From Nitrospirales bacterium (lineage in GTDB: Bacteria; Nitrospirota; Nitrospiria; Nitrospirales; UBA8639), in assembly GCA_963422365.1 (NCBI GenBank), contig OY729426.1, forward strand, positions 1,184,001 through 1,248,000: a DNA stretch of 64,000 nucleotides. The letters are read 5' to 3'. Made by a program: the position numbers and the translations under genes. Each line of letters begins with the position of its first letter. Within the stretch, counting starts at the first letter, position 1. The notes beneath the pieces are model-generated. The model was not told where the DNA came from, did no database searches, and worked only from the letters and a program-made list of their open reading frames with translations. Below, piece after piece: positions 9,719 to 19,596 of this stretch.

Positions 9719-10025
9719 GATAGACACGTGATTAAGAAATTCTAACCTTTGAGAGAGGGATAAACTCTTTGCTCAGGAACAACGAGTGAGTAATAGTGCA
9801 GGACATGGAATGAATCGAGTTTTATAAAATTGAGGGTGCGAGTAACTGACACGCAATCGCAATGAGGTTTGTAGTTGAGGGATGGCTTGCCTGCTTGGCT
9901 TAAGAGGTCTTCTGAGGTAGCAAGAGGCATCCATGGACATAGTTTGTGAGAGAGTCACGAGCTTGCCTGGTAATGGATTCAAGCTAATGGCGGATAGAAT
10001 TTCAATGTAGAAATTTAGGTGTCAG
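9719..10025 (+). ncRNA. ssrS: Putative 6S-like RNA, extended to ~300 nt
   Basis: Nested complementary segments form a rod with an internal bubble (details in findings); lies after zapA, the usual 6S RNA position. Confidence 0.5.
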
Positions 10026-10275
10026 CAGATTGCTGCCTTTTGCGATATTTTTCACACACCTTGGCATCTCGTAGAGCCGTTCTTCGCTCTCGCGTCGTTT
10101 CATTCCCTGACCTTTTTCCCAAGCTTTCTCCTCGTTTCCTTCAGCACGAGTCCACCTTCGAGGAATGGTCTTACCAGATTTGTTGTAAAACGCTGTTGGC
10201 GCCATGGCAACACAAAAGAGTCAACGATGACAAAGGCTTCTGTGAGCACCTTTGTATGAGCGAATAGAGAAGGGG

Positions 10276-11853
10276 GTGATAACCATTTTTACAGATATCA
10301 TCATCATGGTGGTCGTTGGCGGTATGGGCCTTGGTGCGGGGTTTGTATTGAGTGGAGTGATTCAACGGAGGCGCTTCACCACGCAACGCCGTAAAGCCGA
10401 AGACCAGCTTCGTCAGTTCACCCAATCAGCGGAACGCGAAGCCGAGCATACGATTAAGGAAGCGAAAATTGAAGCGAAGGATCTGCTGTTCCAAGCCAAA
10501 GCTCAAATAGAAAAGACGGAAAAAGAAAAACGTGGTGAGCTGCAGTGGCTGGAAAAACGAATGAAGCAACGTGAAGAAGGGTTGGAAAGAAAAGTCACGA
10601 ATTTTGAGCGTCGCGAGGAGGAATTTCGCAAGAGAGAGCAGGCCGTCTCGGATCGAGAAGTCTCGTTGGGGAAGCAAGAATTGTTCTGTGAGCAAACGAT
10701 ACGAGAACATCGGGAGGCCTTGGAGCGTGTGGCTGGATTGACCACGGAGGAAAGCAAGCGGCAACTGTTGGCCAAGATTGAAGGGGAGGTTCGTTTGGAA
10801 GCCACAGGACTGACGAAACGGATCCTTGATGAAGCTCGGGAAAATGCGGACCGAGAAGCCCAGCACATTGTGACCAACTCGATTCAACGGATCACCCGTG
10901 ATTATGTCAATGAAGCGACCATCTCGGTGGTGGCCCTAGCCAGTGATGGGATGAAGGGTCGAATCATTGGACGAGAAGGCCGAAACATTCGATCTCTGGA
11001 AGCGGCTACGGGCGTGGATTTAATCGTCGATGAAACACCGGAAGCCGTGATTGTCTCCGGGTTCGATCCCTTGCGACGCGAGATTGCCAAAATCGCGCTT
11101 GAACGGCTGATACAAGATGGTCGAATCCATCCGACACGGATTGAAGAGGTCGTGGAAAAAGTCAAAGGCGATATCGAGAAGGTGATGCGAGAAGAGGCTG
11201 AAAAAGTGATCTTCGAGGTTGGGCTTTCGGAGTTTCATCCAGAGATTGTGAAACTCTTAGGCCGGTTACGCTACCGAACCAGCTACGGACAAAACAATTT
11301 GTATCATGCCCGTGAGGCATCGTATATATGCGGCATTATGGCCGCGGAATTAGGCTTGGATATTAAATTGGCCAAACGTGGTGCGCTGTTGCACGACATC
11401 GGGAAAGTGGTGAGTCATGAAGAAGAAGGCACCCATGCGATGTTAGGCGCCGAAATCGCGAAGAAGTACGGCGAGTCGGAAAAAGTGGTGAATGCCATTG
11501 CCGCGCACCATGAACAGGTTGAACCTCTGTGCCCTGAATCCGTGTTGGTGGCGGCGGCAGAAGCCTTATCCGCTGCCAGGCCTGGTGCCCGACGTGAAAC
11601 GCTGGAAGCCTATGTGAAACGATTGGAAAAATTGGAAGGCTTGGCTGTGAGCTATGAGGGGGTGGATAAAGCCTATGCTATTCAGGCTGGGCGAGAAGTG
11701 CGTGTGATTGTTCGACAGGAAAAACTGTCCGATAATGAAGCCCTTTTTCTCTCTCGTGACTTATCCAAGAAAATTGAGCAAGAAATGACGTACCCCGGCC
11801 AAATTAAAGTGACGGTTATTCGGGAAAGTCGATTTGTCGAATTCGCCAAATAG
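10276..11853 (+). CDS. rny: Ribonuclease Y
   Basis: N-terminal TM, coiled coil, KH motif KGRIIGREGRNIR, HD motif LLHDIGK. Confidence 0.97.
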   Translation: MITIFTDIIIMVVVGGMGLGAGFVLSGVIQRRRFTTQRRKAEDQLRQFTQSAEREAEHTIKEAKIEAKDLLFQAKAQIEKTEKEKRGELQWLEKRMKQREEGLERKVTNFERREEEFRKREQAVSDREVSLGKQELFCEQTIREHREALERVAGLTTEESKRQLLAKIEGEVRLEATGLTKRILDEARENADREAQHIVTNSIQRITRDYVNEATISVVALASDGMKGRIIGREGRNIRSLEAATGVDLIVDETPEAVIVSGFDPLRREIAKIALERLIQDGRIHPTRIEEVVEKVKGDIEKVMREEAEKVIFEVGLSEFHPEIVKLLGRLRYRTSYGQNNLYHAREASYICGIMAAELGLDIKLAKRGALLHDIGKVVSHEEEGTHAMLGAEIAKKYGESEKVVNAIAAHHEQVEPLCPESVLVAAAEALSAARPGARRETLEAYVKRLEKLEGLAVSYEGVDKAYAIQAGREVRVIVRQEKLSDNEALFLSRDLSKKIEQEMTYPGQIKVTVIRESRFVEFAK

Positions 11854-11883
11854 AAAAGACAGCAACAGGAAGCGATTGAATTT

Positions 11884-12663
11884 GTGGTAGTGTTGTTTAT
11901 CGGTGATATTGTTGGTGAACCGGGACGACGTATCATCACCAATAGCCTCCATCGGGTGAGCGAAAAGTATCATGTCGATATTGTGGTCGGGAACGGCGAG
12001 AATGTGGCCGGTGGGTTTGGCATTACGGCTGACCTGGCCAATGATTTATTTGACCTGGGGCTTTCGGTCCTCACGACAGGCAATCATGTCTGGGATAAAA
12101 AAGAAATGGTGGACTATATTCGCAAAGACCCTAGAATCTTGCGCCCGGCTAATTATCCCGACGGGACTCCCGGGCAAGGATCATTCGTCATTGATCGGCC
12201 GAATGGCGAGAAAGTTGGTCTGATCCAGGTCATGGGGCGAGCGTTTATGCCGGCGCTTGATTGTCCCTTTCAAGTGGTCAAACGCGAAGTCGAAAAACTG
12301 CGATCGCAGACCCCCTGCATTATTGTGGATGTGCATGCAGAAACGACGTCGGAGAAGATGGCCATGGGGCATTTTTTAGACGGCCGGGTGACGGCTGTCG
12401 TGGGCACGCATACGCATGTCCAAACCGCGGATGAGCAGATCCTTCCCCAAGGGACTGCCTATTTGACGGATATTGGGATGACCGGTCCTGTCAATTCCGT
12501 GATTGGAGTTAAAAAAGAACTGGTGATCGATAAATTTCTTACGCAGATGCCCAGACGGTTTGAAGTCGCCTCCGGCCCGGCGGTTCTGGGTGCCACCGTG
12601 ATTGAATTCGATCCCGCAACCGGAAAAGCCACTAGCATTCAACGCGTTCGAGAAATCGAATAA
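11884..12663 (+). CDS. ymdB: YmdB-family metallophosphoesterase
   Basis: GDIVG, NGEN, GNHVWD, GTHTHV motifs; follows rny. Confidence 0.93.
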   Translation: MVVLFIGDIVGEPGRRIITNSLHRVSEKYHVDIVVGNGENVAGGFGITADLANDLFDLGLSVLTTGNHVWDKKEMVDYIRKDPRILRPANYPDGTPGQGSFVIDRPNGEKVGLIQVMGRAFMPALDCPFQVVKREVEKLRSQTPCIIVDVHAETTSEKMAMGHFLDGRVTAVVGTHTHVQTADEQILPQGTAYLTDIGMTGPVNSVIGVKKELVIDKFLTQMPRRFEVASGPAVLGATVIEFDPATGKATSIQRVREIE

Positions 12664-12680
12664 CTCTACGTTCCTGACTC

Positions 12681-14021
12681 GTGTCTGTCGTTCCACCGAT
12701 TTATACGGTCACCCAACTGACGACGAGCATTCGTGCGACCCTTGAACCCGCTTTTCCGGAGGTCTGGGTCGAAGGAGAAATTTCCAATCTTCGCATGTCC
12801 TCCGCTGGGCACATCTATTTTTCCCTGAACGATCAAGACAGCCAAATACGAGCGGTCCTCTTTCGTCGTATGGCTGCGTTGCTCCCGTTTAATGTAGAAA
12901 ACGGTCTCACGGTGTTGGCGAAGGGCTGCGTCAGCGTCTATGAACCGAGAGGTGAATACCAGATCCTTCTAGAGTCTCTCGACCCCAAAGGAATCGGTGC
13001 GCTGCAGATTGCCTTTGAACAACTCAAGAAACGGCTCGATCAAGAAGGGCTGTTTGATCCTGTGCGCAAGCGCCCCCTTCCATTTTTTCCTCGCCATGTT
13101 GGCGTGATCACGTCCAGCACGGGAGCCGCGCTGCACGATATTGTGACGGTTGTCCACCGGCGGTGCCCGGTGATCCGCCTGCGACTGTTTCCTGTGGCGG
13201 TGCAGGGGCCTGGGGCTGCGCAACAAATTACGGAGGCCCTTCGACTGGCCAATCAACAAGATGATCTTGATGTCCTCATTGTGGGGAGAGGTGGAGGCTC
13301 CTGGGAAGATTTATGGAGCTTTAATGAAGAGGTCGTCGTCCGTGCCATTGCGGACTCCCGCATTCCGGTTATTTCAGCGGTGGGCCATGAAATCGATGTC
13401 ACCTTGTCCGATTTTGCCGCGGATTATCGAGCCCCTACTCCCTCGGCAGCGGCAGAATCTCTCTCTCCTGTTCTTGTTGACGTGATAGGCGGTATCCAAG
13501 AAAAAAACACGAGACTGGCCCAAGCCCTGCGCGGCAGACTTCTGTTTCACCGGAATCAGGTTGAGTTGGCCGCTCACGTTCTTCCCGTTCCTTCGCAAAT
13601 CCTCCAACGTCACGTGCAACGGATTGATGAACTCAGTTTCCGTCTTGGGAGAGGCATACGAGCCATGCTTTCCGAGGTGCGGCCGAGACTGACCTCGTTA
13701 GTCACCGGTCTGGAAAGAGTCGGGCAGGGGCAATCGTGGCAACGGGGAAGCCTGATGCTGCCTCAGATGCTTCGACGACTCGCTAGAGCCATGCCGTGGG
13801 TGCTCACGGAAAAGAAACATCAATTACGAAACGTGGCGAGCACCCTTGACACCTTAAGCCCTCTCGCGATTTTGTCTCGCGGGTATAGCATTCTTGAGAC
13901 CAGTCCTCGGGGAGAGATTGTGAAGGACGCTCAATCAGTCCAAGTCGGCGACCGGATTCGGGCTCGGCTGGCTACAGGGAGGCTGGCTTGTCTTATTGAG
14001 CAAATAGACCGACAGTCTTGA
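12681..14021 (+). CDS. xseA: Exodeoxyribonuclease VII large subunit
   Basis: WVEGEISN, RGGGS, AVGHEID, APTPSAAAE, LSRGYS. Confidence 0.96.
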   Translation: MSVVPPIYTVTQLTTSIRATLEPAFPEVWVEGEISNLRMSSAGHIYFSLNDQDSQIRAVLFRRMAALLPFNVENGLTVLAKGCVSVYEPRGEYQILLESLDPKGIGALQIAFEQLKKRLDQEGLFDPVRKRPLPFFPRHVGVITSSTGAALHDIVTVVHRRCPVIRLRLFPVAVQGPGAAQQITEALRLANQQDDLDVLIVGRGGGSWEDLWSFNEEVVVRAIADSRIPVISAVGHEIDVTLSDFAADYRAPTPSAAAESLSPVLVDVIGGIQEKNTRLAQALRGRLLFHRNQVELAAHVLPVPSQILQRHVQRIDELSFRLGRGIRAMLSEVRPRLTSLVTGLERVGQGQSWQRGSLMLPQMLRRLARAMPWVLTEKKHQLRNVASTLDTLSPLAILSRGYSILETSPRGEIVKDAQSVQVGDRIRARLATGRLACLIEQIDRQS

Positions 14022-14045
14022 CGCCCCAGGAACGCCGCGTATAAT
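14018..14045 (+). promoter_or_regulatory. Sigma70-like promoter upstream of xseB
   Basis: TTGACG-16 nt-TATAAT. Confidence 0.6.
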
Positions 14046-14209
14046 GCGATTCACCGCGTTGTTGCATTCCGTATGGTGTGCAGGACGCCAATTTTCTGTG
14101 AAAGCGAAAGGTTGTCAAAACCACAAAAGACGCACCATGCGATGGTCACAGAGACAAGGACTTTGGCAGCCAGATTGATCTCACGTCGATGTCCGTAGGT
14201 AAGTAAAGT

Positions 14210-14452
14210 ATGGCAGCCTTAAAATTTGAAGATGCCTTAGCCCGGCTTGAGACAATAGTCACCGAGCTAGAAAGAGGGGATCTCCCCCTGAATGATTCCT
14301 TGAAGATGTTTGAAGAGGGGATCAAGCTCTCTAAAACCTGTCTCAAGATGCTGGATGATGCGGAACGGAAAGTGGAAATTATGGTGCAAGATAAAGATGG
14401 GAAAAAGCGAGTAGAAGCCTATTCCGTCGAGGAAGAAGGAGGACGAAGCTGA
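14210..14452 (+). CDS. xseB: Exodeoxyribonuclease VII small subunit
   Basis: FEDALARLETIVTELERGDLPLNDSLKMFEEG. Confidence 0.95.
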   Translation: MAALKFEDALARLETIVTELERGDLPLNDSLKMFEEGIKLSKTCLKMLDDAERKVEIMVQDKDGKKRVEAYSVEEEGGRS

Positions 14453-14537
14453 ACGCCAACCTGTCAGCCTGTAGCCTTGTAAAAGTAAACGGCCTTTCCC
14501 GACACGCCGACCGGCCAGAGACGTCATCCCTGAATTG

Positions 14538-15335
14538 ATGACGCACCATCAAAAAATTCCCAAACAGCGACTTGACGAAGTGCTGGTCAGGCGTCAGTTG
14601 GCCGGCAGCCGGGAACAGGCTCATCGGATGATATTGGCTGGATCAGTCAAAGTCGATGGGATGCGCGTGGAAAAACGGGCGACACTTGTTTCAGGGCAGG
14701 TTTCCATTGAAGTGGAAGGGCAGGCGAGCCCTTTTGTGAGTCGGGGAGGAGCAAAACTCTCGGCAGCGTTAGACGCCTTTTCCCTCCACGTTTCGGACCG
14801 TATGGCCTTGGATGTTGGTGCGTCGACAGGCGGGTTTACGGATTGTCTCCTCCAGCACGGGGCCCGTCGGGTCTATGCTGTGGATGTGGGATATGGGCAA
14901 TTGGACTGGAGCCTCAGAAATGATCAGCGAGTCGTCGTCCTTGAACGATGTAATATTCGGCATCTCGATCCCGCGGCCATTCCTGAGCCCATCCAACTAG
15001 CCGTCATTGATGTCTCCTTCATTTCGCTGCGTTTGGTTTTGCCCTGTGTGATCAAATTTCTGGCTCCTGAGGCGACGGCCGTTGCCCTTGTCAAGCCACA
15101 ATTTGAAGCTGGCATTAAGCAGGTGGGGCGAGGCGGCGTGGTTCGGGATGATGAGATCCGCCAGGAGGTGGCGCAGCGTATCCAAGGCATGGCTCAACAG
15201 TTGGGATTTGATTGCCTCGGGCTTTTCGATTCCCCCGTGCAAGGGAAAAAGGGGAATCGTGAAATTCTTTTGGGTCTGCGATGGACCGTGTCGGCTTCAG
15301 TGAACTCATGTCCACGACCTAAGGAGGGGGTATGA
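14538..15335 (+). CDS. tlyA: TlyA-family rRNA 2'-O-methyltransferase
   Basis: S4-like N-terminus, VSRGGAKL, DVGASTGGFTD, LVKPQFE, GNRE. Confidence 0.95.
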   Translation: MTHHQKIPKQRLDEVLVRRQLAGSREQAHRMILAGSVKVDGMRVEKRATLVSGQVSIEVEGQASPFVSRGGAKLSAALDAFSLHVSDRMALDVGASTGGFTDCLLQHGARRVYAVDVGYGQLDWSLRNDQRVVVLERCNIRHLDPAAIPEPIQLAVIDVSFISLRLVLPCVIKFLAPEATAVALVKPQFEAGIKQVGRGGVVRDDEIRQEVAQRIQGMAQQLGFDCLGLFDSPVQGKKGNREILLGLRWTVSASVNSCPRPKEGV

Positions 15336-16255
15336 ATATTTTAGTAACGGGCGGTGCAGGCTTTATCGGGTCTCATATCGTAGACCAGTTCGTCCAAGAG
15401 TGTCATCGCGTCTCCGTGATTGATAATCTCTCCACCGGGAAACGAAAGCAAGTTCACCGCGAAGCTGTCTTCTACAAATTGGATGTGTGCAGTAGACGAG
15501 TGGAACAGGTGTTTAAAAAAGAACATCCTGCGATGATCGTCCATATGGCCGCTCAAATGAATGTCCGGAAGTCTACGGAGGATCCTGTATTCGATGCGGA
15601 CGTGAACATTCTGGGAACCCTTAGGCTCTTAGAGTTGGCCGTTCGATACGGCGCCAGAAAAATTCTTTTTGCCTCTTCCGGCGGCGCGGTGTATGGCGAA
15701 CAAGAGACGTTTCCGGCTTCAGAATCTCATCCCACTCGACCCCTGTCCCCCTATGGGATCAGTAAATTAACCTGCGAATACTATCTCGAGTACTATCGCC
15801 ACGTTGCCGGGCTGAAGTCCGTGGCCCTCCGGTTCGCCAATGTTTATGGCCCGAGACAAAATTCAGCCGGCGAAGCCGGCGTCGTCGCGATTTTCACGCA
15901 AAACCTGCTTACAGGTGAACAAGCCAGGATTAACGGCACTGGGTTCCAGACGCGGGATTATGTTTACGTTGGAGACGTGGTGGAAGCGGTGCGGGCGGTA
16001 TTCGCCCCACACGTAGAGGGAATTTTCAATGTTGGAACCGGCGTAGAAACATCTGTGAATGAGATGTTCACCCAGCTAAAAAAAATGACAAACTCAACGT
16101 GTCACGCAATTCACGGCCCCGCGAAAAAAGGCGAACAAATGCGGAGCGTGCTCGATGCGAGTAAACTGGAGAAAGAGACAGAGTGGGCACCGAACGTGTT
16201 CCTCTCGGAAGGATTAAATGAAACGGTGACATTTTTTCAGCAGCAGAAGTCTTAG
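15332..16255 (+). CDS. NAD-dependent epimerase/dehydratase, UDP-glucose 4-epimerase-like
   Basis: TGGAGFIGS, YGISK, NVYGPRQ, RDYVYV. Confidence 0.9.
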   Translation: MNILVTGGAGFIGSHIVDQFVQECHRVSVIDNLSTGKRKQVHREAVFYKLDVCSRRVEQVFKKEHPAMIVHMAAQMNVRKSTEDPVFDADVNILGTLRLLELAVRYGARKILFASSGGAVYGEQETFPASESHPTRPLSPYGISKLTCEYYLEYYRHVAGLKSVALRFANVYGPRQNSAGEAGVVAIFTQNLLTGEQARINGTGFQTRDYVYVGDVVEAVRAVFAPHVEGIFNVGTGVETSVNEMFTQLKKMTNSTCHAIHGPAKKGEQMRSVLDASKLEKETEWAPNVFLSEGLNETVTFFQQQKS

Positions 16256-16261
16256 CAAATC

Positions 16262-16295
16262 GTGAAGCGCGCAACGCTTCCCATCGGCGCTTCAC
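16262..16295. terminator. Inverted repeat between convergent genes, possible bidirectional terminator
   Basis: GTGAAGCGC...GCGCTTCAC 9-bp stem; no clear U-tract. Confidence 0.35.
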
Positions 16296-16301
16296 TGATG
16301 G

Positions 16302-16622
16302 TCAATAGCGCGGAATCGATTGGTCAATTTGGACAGACCAGGCGTCAATGCCCCCGATCAGGTTTTTGACATTGGAAAATCCTTGCTGGAGGAGAAATCC
16401 CACGGCATCGGCACTTCGCATGCCTTTATGACACAAGGCCACGATTTCATCAGTCGGGTCTAGCTGATTGAGCGATTGGGGCAAAGTGCCCAATGGAATT
16501 AATGTTGCCCCTTCGATTCTGGCCATAGAAAATTCATGCGGTTCTCGAACATCCAATAAAAACACCTTGTCCCCTTTATCCATACGATCTTTTAGTTCTT
16601 GAACTGTCATGGTGTCACTCAT
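16302..16622 (-). CDS. Single-domain rhodanese-like protein
   Basis: LLDVREPHE, CHKGMRS active loop, GGIDAW. Confidence 0.92.
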   Translation of the reverse strand: MSDTMTVQELKDRMDKGDKVFLLDVREPHEFSMARIEGATLIPLGTLPQSLNQLDPTDEIVALCHKGMRSADAVGFLLQQGFSNVKNLIGGIDAWSVQIDQSIPRY

Positions 16623-16800
16623 GTGCGGACCTCCTTTAAGAAAAGATGATAGTCTTGGCAGGGCGCTGATGTCAATTCACGTTCGCGGGACATGGTGCCA
16701 ATCGCAGGGGTATGCTCTCAACTTGCTCTCCTTGTAAGAGTGGCGTTTTCGCAGAGGGTATCGTGTTTTTCAATTTCTTGATGAAGGCGTACCTGTTGGT

Positions 16801-18102
16801 ATGAGTGTTCCCCCAATCGTCTCTATCTCTCATATTGCTGAAATGGTTGGGCAGGAGGTTCGCCTCCAAGGGTGGGTACGGCATCATCGATCAAGCGGCA
16901 AACTGCAGTTTCTCACACTTCGGGATGGGTCGGGGGATATACAGGCCATTTTGAGCAAAGCGACATTAGGGGAGGAACAATTCGGCCTCGCGAATCAATT
17001 CACTCAAGAATCCTCTTTGGCAGTCACTGGAGTTCCTCGTGCGGAGGCACGGGCTCCGGGTGGGTATGAAATAGAAGTGACCGCCTTCGAAATTCTTCAC
17101 ATCGCCGAGTCTTTTCCCGTTCAACCCAAAGAGCATGGCGTTGGGTTTTTGATGGACCACCGCCATCTCTGGCTTCGTTCAACACGGCAACAGGCCATCC
17201 TGAAAATTCGGCATGCACTGATTAAGGCCTGTCGAGACTTTTTCGACGAACGGGAGTTTGTCTTGATTGATGCCCCCATTTTTACGCCAAACGCGTGCGA
17301 AGGCACGACCACCCTCTTTCAAACGCAATATTTTGAGGAAACAGCCTACCTGACTCAAAGCGCACAGTTGTATGGAGAAGCGGCTGCCGCAGCCTTTGGA
17401 AAAGTGTATTGCTTTGGCCCGGCGTTTCGGGCGGAGCAATCCAAAACTCGTCGGCACTTGATGGAATTTTGGATGGTGGAGCCTGAAATGGCGTTTGCGG
17501 AATTGCCCGATGTGATGGACGTCGCCGAGGCGTTTGTGGTGAGGGTAGTAGAACGGGTCTTAGAAAAATGTCGGAACGAATTACAGGTGTTGGAACGAGA
17601 TATTTCCAAATTGGAAGCGATTGTTCCACCTTTTCCGCGACTCACCTATGATGAAGCGATTCTGCGTCTGCAGCGCCTGGGGTCGTCGCTACAAGAAGGA
17701 GATGATTTTGGGGCGGATGATGAAACCGTCTTGTCCAATCAATTTGAGAAACCCATTCTGGTGCATCGGTATCCCGCGACGGTCAAGGCCTTTTATATGC
17801 AACCCGACCCTGAAAATCCTGCCAGAGCGCTGTGCATGGACGTGTTGGCTCCAGAAGGATACGGCGAAATCATCGGGGGGGGGCAACGCATTCATGATTA
17901 CGAGACATTAGCCGCACGATTGCAGGACCATCAACTTGCTGCAGATGCCTTCCGGTGGTATTTGGACCTGCGCCGATATGGATCGGTTCCCCATGCTGGT
18001 TTTGGAATGGGGATTGAGCGAGCCGTGGCCTGGATTTGTGGTATTGCCCACGTTCGTGAAACCATCCCCTTTCCGCGTATGCTCTCTCGACTGTACCCCT
18101 AG
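16801..18102 (+). CDS. asnS: Asparagine--tRNA ligase
   Basis: OB fold, [47 protein letters not shown]. Confidence 0.95.
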   Translation: MSVPPIVSISHIAEMVGQEVRLQGWVRHHRSSGKLQFLTLRDGSGDIQAILSKATLGEEQFGLANQFTQESSLAVTGVPRAEARAPGGYEIEVTAFEILHIAESFPVQPKEHGVGFLMDHRHLWLRSTRQQAILKIRHALIKACRDFFDEREFVLIDAPIFTPNACEGTTTLFQTQYFEETAYLTQSAQLYGEAAAAAFGKVYCFGPAFRAEQSKTRRHLMEFWMVEPEMAFAELPDVMDVAEAFVVRVVERVLEKCRNELQVLERDISKLEAIVPPFPRLTYDEAILRLQRLGSSLQEGDDFGADDETVLSNQFEKPILVHRYPATVKAFYMQPDPENPARALCMDVLAPEGYGEIIGGGQRIHDYETLAARLQDHQLAADAFRWYLDLRRYGSVPHAGFGMGIERAVAWICGIAHVRETIPFPRMLSRLYP

Positions 18103-18106
18103 CCAT

Positions 18107-18147
18107 ATGAGGCCTGTCCCGGGCTGTGAACCGGGAGGCGGCTCTAC
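18107..18147 (-). repeat. GTAG-headed REP-like hairpin
   Basis: Reverse complement GTAGAGCCGCCTCCCGGTTCACAGCCCGGGACAGGCCTCAT; shares ends with 59198-59239 and 46586-46612. Confidence 0.5.
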
Positions 18148-18249
18148 ATTTTCCAGGCCCCTTCCACAACCTACATCCGTGTAAATTTTTTGTGTAGAAA
18201 GCGCTCCCCACGTCTTGGCTTGCCGATAGCAATAAGTGTTTGAATTCCC

Positions 18250-18324
18250 TTGACAAAATTCTGAATATGAGTATATTCGCCCATTAAATGGAATAAAGTG
18301 GTAATAAGTGGGAGGCATGTGGGG
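18250..18324 (+). promoter_or_regulatory. dcw promoter with MraZ-box-like direct repeats
   Basis: TTGACA-16 nt-TATATT followed by TGG cores at 18289, 18299, 18309 and 18320 (10/10/11 spacing). Confidence 0.7.
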
Positions 18325-19267
18325 ATCGTTGGATCATTCGATTCATGTTCCGGTTTTATTAGAGGAGGTCGTGGCTTGGTTACGGCCACGCGCACAAGGA
18401 TGTTACCTGGATTGTACGATAGGCTTAGGTGGGATGGCCGAGCATATTCTGAAGGCAAGCGAGCCCGATGGCATTCTCATTGGGATTGACCAGGATCCTC
18501 AGGCGATTGCTTATACACAGACAAGGCTTCAAGCCTACCAGTCCAGGATCCACCTGTTTTGCGAAAACTTTCAAGAGGTGCAGTCGGTGATGAGCTTGGC
18601 CAACAGAGAACGCGTGGACGGCATTCTATTCGATTTAGGGGTGTCTTCGGCTCAATTGGATCAGCCCGAGCGAGGGTTGAGTTTTCAGCATGATGGGCCC
18701 TTGGATATGCGCATGAATCCTACTCGTGGTCAATCAGTGGAAGACCTTGTCAATACGCTGCCTGAAACGCAACTTGCCGATATGATTTATGCGTTAGGGG
18801 ACGAACGATATTCACGACGAATTGCACGGGCCATCGTGGATGCTCGCCGCCGAGCCCCCCTTCGGACCACAATGGACTTATCTCGGCTGATTCAACAATC
18901 CGTGCCCCGGTCTTATCGTTACGGGCGACTTCATCCTGCGACGCGGACCTTTCAGGCGTTTCGTCTAGCGGTCAATAACGAATTAGGTGCGTTGAAAACC
19001 GGGCTCGACAAGGTCATTGGTGTCTTGGCCCCCGAAGGACGTCTGTGTGTCATTGCTTTTCACTCCCTGGAAGATCGTTTAGTGAAACAGGCGTTTCGGC
19101 GTCTGGCCCAGGAGGCTCCGGACCAATGGGATGTTTTGACGAAGAAACCCGTTTCCCCTTCCGAGGAGGAACGTCGAACCAATCCCCGTGCACGCAGTGC
19201 GAAGTTGCGAGTCATGGCACGAAAGCCGGGGGGTAAAGACACGCAAGTCGGAAAGGGCCATGCATGA
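18317..19267 (+). CDS. rsmH: 16S rRNA m4C1402 methyltransferase
   Basis: HVPVLLEE, DLGVSSAQLD, PLDMRM, FHSLEDR, NPRARSAKLR; start uncertain. Confidence 0.96.
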   Translation: MWGSLDHSIHVPVLLEEVVAWLRPRAQGCYLDCTIGLGGMAEHILKASEPDGILIGIDQDPQAIAYTQTRLQAYQSRIHLFCENFQEVQSVMSLANRERVDGILFDLGVSSAQLDQPERGLSFQHDGPLDMRMNPTRGQSVEDLVNTLPETQLADMIYALGDERYSRRIARAIVDARRRAPLRTTMDLSRLIQQSVPRSYRYGRLHPATRTFQAFRLAVNNELGALKTGLDKVIGVLAPEGRLCVIAFHSLEDRLVKQAFRRLAQEAPDQWDVLTKKPVSPSEEERRTNPRARSAKLRVMARKPGGKDTQVGKGHA

Positions 19268-19596
19268 AATTATTTCTCTCGCTGTTGCTGACGGTGAGCT
19301 TGAGTGGGGTGCTCCTCTTGTATGTGTGGGAAAAAGTCGATGTCGTACGAGTGGGATATGAGTTAGACGCCTTATTGAAACAGAAAGCGGCATTAGCGCG
19401 GGAGCATGACCGGTTACAGATCCGATTCTCTCGGTTAACGGCATCTGACCGCATTGCCTCAGAGGCCAACAAGAAGCTGGGGATGAAACTTCCACGCCCG
19501 AGGCAGGTGGTCCTGGTTCCGAGCGGTACGGAGAACGGGAGGCCAGGCGACGGTCTTGCTCCTCCGCTTCGTTTAGCCCAGCAAACAGGATATTGA
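19264..19596 (+). CDS. ftsL: Cell division protein FtsL
   Basis: TM plus coiled coil, KKLGM motif, between rsmH and ftsI. Confidence 0.8.
   Translation: MKLFLSLLLTVSLSGVLLLYVWEKVDVVRVGYELDALLKQKAALAREHDRLQIRFSRLTASDRIASEANKKLGMKLPRPRQVVLVPSGTENGRPGDGLAPPLRLAQQTGY

Noticed and set aside
10055..10075. GGCATCTC resembling the E. coli 6S 3' end
   Set aside because: No matching 5' partner; the supported closing stem ends near 10023
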